IMG/VR virus record: IMGVR_UViG_3300017643_000059
From: an uncultured virus (IMG/VR IMGVR_UViG_3300017643_000059)
Lineage: Duplodnaviria; Heunggongvirae; Uroviricota; Caudoviricetes
Length of the DNA: 20,000 nt
Strand: one strand, 5' to 3'
Shown: positions 7,915-15,000 of the stretch, one piece after another
How positions within the stretch are numbered: the first letter of the stretch is position 1
Layout of the letters: each line of letters opens with the position of its first letter
Program-made: the position numbers and the translations under genes
The notes under the pieces: generated by a model
Told to the model about the DNA's origin: nothing
Seen by the model: only the letters and a program-made list of their open reading frames with translations
Database searches by the model: none

Positions 7915-8829
7915 TTACCCCCTGAATCCTGATGGAATTTTTTTGTCAGGCTGTGAAATTTGATTCACATCCCTACTGGTTTTGCGATCGCTGAAGCCGA
8001 ATTTGGGTTTGAACAATCCCTGGTACCCGTTAGCGATGCTGGTGTTGATTACGTCAACCGGGTTAAACCCTTCGTCCAGGCAGGCCTTCAGCAGATTGAA
8101 TGCTTTGGTCACAGTCAGTTCGGTTTTGATGGCTTTGCCAGACTGCTGGCGATAGGTGACCCATTCCTCCCATGACGAAGCATCCAGCCATTCAGGAACT
8201 GGAACGCTCAGCGGCTCAAACTTCACCTTCCCCTTTGGGGGATTAGAGGGGGTTAGATCTGTATTTATATTTGTCTTTGGAAGAATGTCTTTGGTGTTCC
8301 CTGTTTTCAGGGATCCATTTCCCTGTTTTTGGGGATGGTTATCCCCGTTTTCAGGGATGGTTGAAGGGGTAAAATCGCTATCCCTAAATTCAGGGATGGT
8401 AATAACCCATGTGACAATTTCAGCGGCCGGGAAAGCCGCCGGACATTTCGTGCAATTTGGTTTTGCATAAGCCCATTTATCCAGGCTGGTATTAATCCCG
8501 ATGTATCTGGTTTGCCCAATTCGGCGCAGGATGATGATGTTCCGATAGGCGAGGCTCAGCACAGCTTCAGATACATGCTTCACCTTAAGCGTCGTTTTGT
8601 CAGCAATAAGACTGTTGGCGATCCGGTCGGATTTTTTCGACCAGCCATAGGTCAGACGAACGATAGCATTCAGCACCCGGAATTCTCGTCCGGATAACTC
8701 GACGATACACAGGGCATCCTGGATCTGATTGGCTAAACGTAAATAGCCATTTTCCAGATCAGCCATACGGCTCTCCTGTTGCGCCGGAGCAGGCGCAGGG
8801 AATTTGTATATTTCAGCGGTATTTGACAT
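7915..8829 (-). CDS. Phage replication initiator (lambda O-like N-terminal domain)
   Basis: MADLENGYLRLAN...RVLNAIVRLTYGWSKK is O-like; internal iterons; C-terminal WEEWVTYR...SIANGYQGLF domain. Confidence 0.92.
   Translation of the reverse strand: MSNTAEIYKFPAPAPAQQESRMADLENGYLRLANQIQDALCIVELSGREFRVLNAIVRLTYGWSKKSDRIANSLIADKTTLKVKHVSEAVLSLAYRNIIILRRIGQTRYIGINTSLDKWAYAKPNCTKCPAAFPAAEIVTWVITIPEFRDSDFTPSTIPENGDNHPQKQGNGSLKTGNTKDILPKTNINTDLTPSNPPKGKVKFEPLSVPVPEWLDASSWEEWVTYRQQSGKAIKTELTVTKAFNLLKACLDEGFNPVDVINTSIANGYQGLFKPKFGFSDRKTSRDVNQISQPDKKIPSGFRG
8260..8397. repeat. Phage replication origin: four 18-bp palindromic iterons plus adjacent AT-rich tract
   Basis: TTCCCTGTTTTCAGGGAT (8297-8314), TTCCCTGTTTTTGGGGAT (8319-8336), ATCCCCGTTTTCAGGGAT (8341-8358), ATCCCTAAATTCAGGGAT (8380-8397). 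AT-rich 8260-8292. Confidence 0.88.
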
Positions 8830-8903
8830 ACTTATCTCCGCAATTACCTACCGTATTTGCACCTGAAAGCCGTTGGTGTTCGAGCACCGCGGCTTTCAAC
8901 CTT
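8804..8903 (+). ncRNA. pO-like promoter and OOP-like antisense RNA candidate
   Basis: TTGTAT (8804-8809), 17 nt, CATACT (8827-8832) overlapping the O start codon as lambda pO does. Hairpin TGAAAGCCG (8864-8872)/CGGCTTTCA (8890-8898) with inner GGTGT/GCACC. Confidence 0.55.
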
Positions 8904-9158
8904 TCAGAACAGACCCTGTTGCTTCCCGCGCTTAACGCGTTTCGCTTCGAACCGGTCTGCTGGCAGCATCTGTTTCTCTGCCCATAACTTTGCGTGACGC
9001 AAAACATCATCAAAAATCCTCCCCTTACGGCTTGCCTGAGACATGCGCTTGTACATATCGACGGCCTGAAATGCCCCCCCCTGCGCGATCGCAGCGGTGA
9101 AACCCTGCCGGATAAGCTCCTCACGAACATGCTTTTCAATGAAATCCATATGGTTCAT
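8904..9158 (-). CDS. 84-aa hypothetical protein between cII-like and O
   Basis: Co-oriented ORF filling the gap, GGGG upstream of ATG. Confidence 0.75.
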   Translation of the reverse strand: MNHMDFIEKHVREELIRQGFTAAIAQGGAFQAVDMYKRMSQASRKGRIFDDVLRHAKLWAEKQMLPADRFEAKRVKRGKQQGLF

Positions 9159-9169
9159 GGTCGGCCCCG

Positions 9170-9706
9170 TTACATGACGCCCAGCATTGAAGTCACAAGG
9201 CTCATCAGTACGCCGTATTGCTCTGGCATAAGGCCAAATAGCGACACGATGCCCTCACTGACTTCTTTGAGCTTCTGATGCTCTGGCGCATTGAGCATTA
9301 CCGCCCGCTTTGCCTCACCGCATTCTTTAATGGCCGCTGCAATACGCAGGGTGTGATCGTCCTGAGGCACCAGTCGGCCACGGAACTCAAGCGGGAGAAC
9401 GGCGATGATTGCGGGCGACAGCTGGCGGATATTTTCTCTGGCGTAGTCCGTATCACCATCAAGCCAGCGAAACAGCTTCTGCCGCTTACGGCTCAGTTCA
9501 TCGGGAAACTCCAGCCCGGTACCGCCCTGTCGTCCCCACTCTTCGGTGATGAGGCCGGCCACTACATCCTGGTTATCAATCTGTGCAGCCCAGGCGCGAA
9601 CGGCGTCGCGGATCTGTTCATGCGTATCGGGTCGATTGAGGTGATTGCGATTTATCATCGCTGCGGGTGTAAACCCGGTATTTTGTTGAAATGAAATTGA
9701 ATGCAC
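9170..9706 (-). CDS. CII-like regulator (YdaT/DUF1019 family)
   Basis: IRDAVRAWAA...RQKLFRWLD...LSPAIIAVLPLEFR...KEVSEGIVSLF; directly after cro. Confidence 0.85.
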   Translation of the reverse strand: MHSISFQQNTGFTPAAMINRNHLNRPDTHEQIRDAVRAWAAQIDNQDVVAGLITEEWGRQGGTGLEFPDELSRKRQKLFRWLDGDTDYARENIRQLSPAIIAVLPLEFRGRLVPQDDHTLRIAAAIKECGEAKRAVMLNAPEHQKLKEVSEGIVSLFGLMPEQYGVLMSLVTSMLGVM

Positions 9707-9708
9707 GG

Positions 9709-9933
9709 TTACGCCCTCGCTTCCTGCTTCGGTAATCCATCCGTGGGGTTTGGATACAGATCAGGGCGCAATTCGTGCGGAGTAACGCCGGTTGCGTTGA
9801 AAATTGATAAAACACGATCGGCAGGCACTCCATTTTTCCGCCATAAAGAGACAGCCATTTTTGATACACCGATTGCTACCCCAAGAGCGCTTGCTGAGCC
9901 AAACGTACGAATTGCGTTTTCAATACCAGTCAT
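9709..9933 (-). CDS. Cro-like HTH protein (YdaS family)
   Basis: FGSASALGVAIGVSKMAVSLW HTH and HELRPDLYP tail; GGAGG RBS; divergent from the repressor. Confidence 0.92.
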   Translation of the reverse strand: MTGIENAIRTFGSASALGVAIGVSKMAVSLWRKNGVPADRVLSIFNATGVTPHELRPDLYPNPTDGLPKQEARA

Positions 9934-9955
9934 AAGACCTCCTTAGATGAGGCAA

Positions 9956-10025
9956 AGTAAAGCATCAATTTACTAACAAGTCAATTGATGCATGCCTATC
10001 AAGAAGTAAAGCAAACATTTACAAT
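9956..10025. promoter_or_regulatory. OR operator array with pR and pRM-like promoters
   Basis: AGTAAA-GCATCAA-TTTACT (9956-9974), degenerate inverted copy (9979-9997), AGTAAA-GCAAACA-TTTACA (10005-10023). Minus-strand TTGACT at 9984-9979; plus-strand TACAAT at 10020-10025. Confidence 0.8.
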
Positions 10026-10031
10026 GCGGAT

Positions 10032-10415
10032 ATGAGCGAAAACAAACCGATGAATGGTCTGGTTGCCAGGCTTACAGAACTGAACGTGAAAGGCTTTTCG
10101 AAAACCGAAATGGCCAAGATAGCTGGTGTCAGCAAACAAGCTGTTTCTGGTTGGTTCAAAACAGGGAGAATTAGCAAAGAATCCGCACTGGCTTTGGCTG
10201 ATGCTGCAGGTGTATCTGTCCCTTGGCTACTCGGTGAGGATGTTGGTGAAAAAGACGGACTGAAGCCTGACGAGCAGCGACTTTTGGAACTCTATCGGCA
10301 GTTGCCAGATGAAGAAGAACAGCAGAACATATTGCGGATCATATCTCTGCGTCTGAAGGAGCTTGATGAGTTGTATGCCAAGTATATGGGGCGCAGGATT
10401 AAGGGTGACACCTAG
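10032..10415 (+). CDS. CI-like prophage repressor, XRE HTH, no S24 autoprotease domain
   Basis: SKTEMAKIAGVSKQAVSGWFKTG HTH, VSVPWLLG, short helical C-terminus (EQRLLELYRQLP); only 127 aa. Confidence 0.92.
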   Translation: MSENKPMNGLVARLTELNVKGFSKTEMAKIAGVSKQAVSGWFKTGRISKESALALADAAGVSVPWLLGEDVGEKDGLKPDEQRLLELYRQLPDEEEQQNILRIISLRLKELDELYAKYMGRRIKGDT

Positions 10416-10502
10416 TAGCTGTTTGCGGATATCACAAACAGAATAGCTGGCAGCCGCAATGATCGGTATCTCTGGCTATTGCAGTAGCCAAATTAATCTT
10501 CC

Positions 10503-10527
10503 AACCCGTCCGCCGCCCGGGTTTTTT
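10503..10527 (+). terminator. Probable terminator of the repressor transcript
   Basis: AACCCG-N9-CGGGTT then TTTT. Confidence 0.55.
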
Positions 10528-10732
10528 AATGCCCTTTTCCAACCATAGCTGCCGCGTCTCGCAAAATGCCTTTGTGGATCACGTTGCCTACAGCCTTGCG
10601 CTTAGCCTCCAGGCTATCAACAATCGCATCTCTACTTATCACTACTCCGCTAATTATCAATTCGACAACTGCCCCACCAATCTCGCCAGCAATGAACGCC
10701 GCGCGGTCTTCTTCCAGTTCGTTACGATCCAC
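10526..10732 (-). CDS. 68-aa hypothetical protein in the immunity region
   Basis: GTG start with AGAGGTG RBS; convergent with the repressor, divergent from pL. Confidence 0.65.
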   Translation of the reverse strand: MDRNELEEDRAAFIAGEIGGAVVELIISGVVISRDAIVDSLEAKRKAVGNVIHKGILRDAAAMVGKGH

Positions 10733-10813
10733 AAGTCACCTCTCTGATGTTTTTTTAATCATACACATATTCAACCGATGCCCACAGCACTAATCTGCAT
10801 AACTCTCGCCCTC

Positions 10814-10878
10814 AGTACAGCATTACTTTACATTTTAATTCACTCTAGCTTGACTTAAAAGTAAAGCAGTGTTTTACT
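10814..10878 (+). promoter_or_regulatory. OL operator array and pL promoter
   Basis: AGTACA-GCATTAC-TTTACA (10814-10832), degenerate site ending TTGACT (10837-10855), AGTAAA-GCAGTGT-TTTACT (10860-10878); 23-bp period. -35 TTGACT at 10850-10855. Confidence 0.8.
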
Positions 10879-10896
10879 TACTCCATCGCAACACGA

Positions 10897-11012
10897 CCAC
10901 CCAGGCAGGACGCCCACGAAGTAGCGGCCCGGCGCATACGAAGACCGGGATGAGGTGGAGAAGTTAACGCGCAGCAGGTTTAAAACTCAGTTCTGACGCC
11001 GGGAAAGACCGG
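10897..11012 (+). ncRNA. Structured pL leader RNA
   Basis: CCACC (10897-10901)/GGTGG (10954-10958) encloses GGC/GCC and CCCGG/CCGGG stems; a second CCGG-GAAAGA-CCGG hairpin at 10999-11012. Confidence 0.45.
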
Positions 11013-11021
11013 GAGGATAAA

Positions 11022-11222
11022 ATGCAAACTAACCAGGAAGTACCAAAAAACGGTCGCCCAGTATCAATGCGCAACCACCGCACAGGAGCAGCATGGCTGG
11101 TGTCATTCGATTACCGCGACAACACATACTGGCACGAACCTCAGGGAAACCTTCGCCACATTCGTCGACCTTACAGCTCCCATGCAATTGAACCTAACTT
11201 AGTACCGGCGGGGACGCACTAA
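11022..11222 (+). CDS. 66-aa first pL gene, possible cell-division inhibitor (DicB/Kil position)
   Basis: GGGAGG RBS; TAATG coupling to the DUF1482 gene, like dicB-ydfD in Qin. Function from position only. Confidence 0.6.
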   Translation: MQTNQEVPKNGRPVSMRNHRTGAAWLVSFDYRDNTYWHEPQGNLRHIRRPYSSHAIEPNLVPAGTH

Positions 11223-11404
11223 TGGGAACGCTGTTTGCTCTGGTATTAACGATCGCCATGACGAACGGTGATTATCAGGATGTTGTTCTTGGCGTTTACG
11301 ACAGCCAGCAGGAATGCCAGGCCGCAGCCGACGAACAACAGGTTAACGGGGAATGCTGGCCAGTTAAGCAAATCACTCATAACGGTGACCTGTCATCACA
11401 TTAA
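11222..11404 (+). CDS. DUF1482 family protein (YdfD/YebW-like)
   Basis: LFALVLTI...QDVVLGVYDSQQECQAAADEQQVNGECWPV. Confidence 0.85.
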   Translation: MGTLFALVLTIAMTNGDYQDVVLGVYDSQQECQAAADEQQVNGECWPVKQITHNGDLSSH

Positions 11405-11415
11405 AGGGGGATGGG

Positions 11416-11574
11416 ATGCAGAAAGAATGCGGTTATTGCCGCAAACCGGTTGAAGAAGGAAAAGAAGTAAAAAGCACTCTGTTCTATCGCCACGGCAACC
11501 AGCTGGCGCGCAAAGAAAAAGAATATTGCTCGAATCAATGCGCCGAATATGACCAGATGGCGCACGAAAGTTAA
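11416..11574 (+). CDS. ydaE: YdaE-like zinc-binding protein, 52 aa (absent from the ORF track)
   Basis: Manual translation MQKECGYCRKPVEEGKEVKSTLFYRHGNQLARKEKEYCSNQCAEYDQMAHES; CxxC...CxxxC and YDQMAHE tail; AAGGGGG RBS. Confidence 0.85.
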   Translation: MQKECGYCRKPVEEGKEVKSTLFYRHGNQLARKEKEYCSNQCAEYDQMAHES

Positions 11575-11661
11575 TTAGTAGCCCTGAAATATGAAATGAA
11601 AAATTCGCCATTTATCTGGCGTGGATCCTTACACCCTGAATAAACCAACAGGAGCAGTTTT

Positions 11662-11949
11662 ATGGAAATCGTAAAAGTCGAATTAAACCTGAAAGAAGTA
11701 AATAAAGAAGTCGCCGTGTTCAACTGTGAGAAGAAAGTCTCAGGCGTCATCCACACCACCGAAGACGGTAAAACCACCGTCGTTCTTGATGGTGGCTATG
11801 TGCTCGGAAAGTTCAATTGCCCGCATTGTGCTGTCACGGAAATCTCCATGCTGGCCGTGAAAATCAGCGAAGGCAATAAGAAAGGACTGGGTAATTATCG
11901 CCAATATAAACGCGATTTTATGGAAGAGGCGATCTCCATTTTTCATTAA
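11662..11949 (+). CDS. 95-aa hypothetical protein upstream of recE (racC position)
   Basis: AGGAG RBS; CPHC motif. Confidence 0.75.
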   Translation: MEIVKVELNLKEVNKEVAVFNCEKKVSGVIHTTEDGKTTVVLDGGYVLGKFNCPHCAVTEISMLAVKISEGNKKGLGNYRQYKRDFMEEAISIFH

Positions 11950-12055
11950 GAAAAAGCCCACACGAGGTGGGCCTGCCCTGTCCGGTCTCACCGACCAAAG
12001 CGAACCGGACATTTTTACCAAACCAAAAATATACCCGATGGGCGCTATCTCTAGC
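11949..12055 (-). ncRNA. Candidate antisense sRNA (IsrB-like position) ending in a minus-strand terminator
   Basis: Minus strand GCCCAC-CTCGT-GTGGGC-TTTTTCTT (11972-11948); TGTCCGGT/ACCGGACA stem (11979-12011); possible promoter ATGTGA (12090-12085), 17 nt, TAAGAT (12067-12062). Confidence 0.5.
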
Positions 12056-12088
12056 CCGGGGATCTTACATCCAAAAAGAGGATCTCAC

Positions 12089-15000
12089 ATGGAATTTTTC
12101 TATGTAGTAAAAGCTACGCAGAAATCCGGAAAAGAAGATGCAGTGATTTGGTTCACTGCTAAATCAGAAGCCCGTGCCAACCTGCAGCTCGATGTTGAGC
12201 TGGAAGATGCCGGTATTGAAACCGGACGTGGTAAAGATTACACCAAACCGGTTCGTACCGATTTTCCAGTGTATAACGACCTTCCTGATGAAAGCACCGT
12301 GGATTATTCATGGTGCAAACGCTACGAGCTGGACGAAGACCAGCGTACCTGGAAAATTAAACTGCCGGCGGGTGACAAACAGCAGGATGATGCCGGGAAG
12401 TCTGATGTTATGACTGGCGAAGGCAACAGTACAGAGGAAGTAAAACCGGCATTACTCCGCCCAGTATCGCGACTGCGCCTCCCGCAACGCCTCATCGCGC
12501 ACCTGATTAATGACACTGAAGAAAAGGAAATCAGCGAAGAGCAGCACATCCAGATCGGGCAGATGGAAAACGATGATAGCAACCAGTACGTGCAGAATAT
12601 GTTACTGGCAGTAGCTAACGTTACTGATATCAGGGAGCTTTCCGCCCATGTTGAGTGGAACCTGGTGAGTGCAATTAAACAAGTGTTCCAGCGCGATCAG
12701 GTTTATACCGTCAGTTCATTCGAAGAGTTTATGACTGAATGGGTCAGCGCGCCTGAAACCAGAACCACCACCCTTCAAAAATGGCTTTTTGATAAAGAGC
12801 CAGAAATTGTTGTTAAGGGTGAAAGCCCCCTTTCAACAACTGTGCTGATTGCCATAGCAACCCTCCCCCTGCGCCAGCGCATTCTTGCTCAGTTCATTTC
12901 CGATGAATACGCATACCACATCGATACTGATCAGAAGAAAGTTATTCAACAGCTCGAAATGGATGTTGATAACAGCTACGTGCAGAACATGATCCTGGCT
13001 GCTGAGAATGTTGAACCTTTTAAGACAGCACCGGAGATCGATATTTCCAGAGTGATTTCCGCGCTGAAAACCGTTTTTCCGGTAGAAGGAAAACGTACTG
13101 AGCTATCACTCATCATCCAGTTCTTCAAGGCCTGGTTTTGTACAGAGCATATTGATCGCGGCCTGCTGGTAAAAGAATGGGTTAAGGGTAATCGGGTTAG
13201 CACGATTAATCGTACCCCTTCCGGTGCGAACGCTGGCGGCGGTAATAAAACTGACCGACTGACGCCACTCACAAAAACAGGCCGCGATTACGAATTAGCG
13301 ATGGGTCTGCTGGCGCGTCTGCTTGAGTTTGATATTTACTCCCCACCGCTTGAGATTGATGTGAAGGCCAATGCCATCATGAATCTCAACTGGACTGGTG
13401 AAGATGATGTTCTGGACGAGTTCCTGGCTACCAGCAAACTGTTTGACGAAATGCCAGGAGGAATGGGCTACTCCCGAGCCTGTAATATCGCAACAGTAAA
13501 GACCACTCCTGAAGGGTTGTATAAATCCCCATTCCGCCATCGCGAACACCTGAATCGCGTCATGACTGAAACCGATCACGCCCATCCTGACGAATTGGTG
13601 GTTGATATCGCATGCGGTCGCTCATCAATGCCAATGCCGATGGCAGCTAAGGTCGAAGAGCCAACCACTGAAGATGTGGGAAAAATTCTGGCTGCCAGCC
13701 GCGGCGAATACGTCGAAGGTATTAGTGACCCCGCCGATCCGAAATGGATAAAAACAGCCTCAAATGAAGAGGAAAAACAGGAAGCGGAGACCACCAGCAA
13801 TGTGCAGGTTCAAAACAATATCGGTAATGAAGAACAGGCTGATGATGCGCTGTTGTCGGGCGAAAAAGTTATGCACTCAGACAAAAGCGATGCTGGAGCT
13901 GGTGAAGAAACAACTGCCGTAGAGCAATCTGCTGCTGAGATTCTTGCCGCTGGCGCGCCGAACCTCGCGAGCAAGGTTGTCGATGATGTAAACCAGAATT
14001 CCGATTCTGTCACCCAAAACAGTGATTCTGTAAACCATTCCGTGCCGGAAGTACAGCAAAGTACGCCAGAAACGCAACAGAGCGAACCAGAACAAGCGTG
14101 GCCGGAATACTTCGAGCCTGGCCGTTATGAAGGACTGCCAAACGAGGTTTACCACGCCGCCAACGGCATCAGCTCAACCCAGGTGAAAGATGCGCGCGTT
14201 TCGCTGATGTACTTCAATGCGCGCCACGTTGAGAAAACCATCACCAAAGAACGCTCTCCGGTGCTGGACATGGGCAACCTGGTGCATGCGCTCGCACTGC
14301 AACCTGAACTGCTGGATGCAGAATTTAGCGTTGAACCTGTAATTCCGGAAGGCGCATTTACCACCACGGCAACGATCCGCGCGTTTATTGATGAGTACAA
14401 CGCCAGCCTGCCAGCGCAACTGAGCGGAGACGATATCAAGGCTTTGCTAGAGGAATACAACGCCACTCTGCCTGCACAGGTGCCGCTGGGTGGTTCAGCC
14501 GAGGAAACCGGCCAGAGCTATATGTCTCTGCCCGAAGAGTACCAGCGTATCGAAGCGGATCAGAAGCAGACCGCAGCGGCGATGAAAGCCTGCATCAAGG
14601 AATACAACGCCACTCTGCCTGCACAGGTGAAAACCAGTGGTAGCCGTGATGCGTTACTCGAGCAGTTGGCAATCATCAATCCTGACCTGGTGGCGCAGGA
14701 AGCGCAGAAGCCTCAACCGTTGAAAGTTTCCGGTACCAAAGCAGATCTGATTCAGGCCGTGAAGTCTGTTAATCCGGACGCCGTCTTCGCCGACGAACTG
14801 CTCGATGCGTGGCGCGACAACCCGGAAGGAAAAGTGCTGGTTACCCGTCAGCAGCTAAGCACTGCGCTGGCCATTCAGTCAGCACTGCTCCAGCACCCTA
14901 CCGCTGGGAAACTGCTGACCCACCCAAGCCGCGCAGTTGAGGTCAGCTACTTTGGCTTCGATGAGGAAACAGGTCTTGAAGTCCGCGTTCGCCCGGATCT

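Noticed and set aside
8297..8397. Spaced palindromic repeats as a possible CRISPR array
   Set aside because: Spacers are only 4-21 bp, the repeats lie within the O gene and there are no cas genes; they are iterons.
8813..9139. 108-aa alternative-frame ORF
   Set aside because: Overlaps the better 84-aa ORF, the intergenic hairpin and the O start.
9170..9933. YdaS/YdaT as a toxin-antitoxin pair
   Set aside because: Position and operators show they are the Cro and CII equivalents of the switch.
10897..10958. GATGA and CGAA suggesting a hammerhead ribozyme
   Set aside because: The CUGAUGA and GAAA core and the required stem order are not present.
11580..11642. CCCTGAA twice, resembling half of lambda boxB
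   Set aside because: No complementary AGGGC arm and no boxA, so not a nut site.
12038..12088. Longer recE start given by the ORF track
   Set aside because: ATG at 12089 has the RBS (AAGAGGA); similar over-extensions were trimmed at 538, 825, 3471 and 18223.
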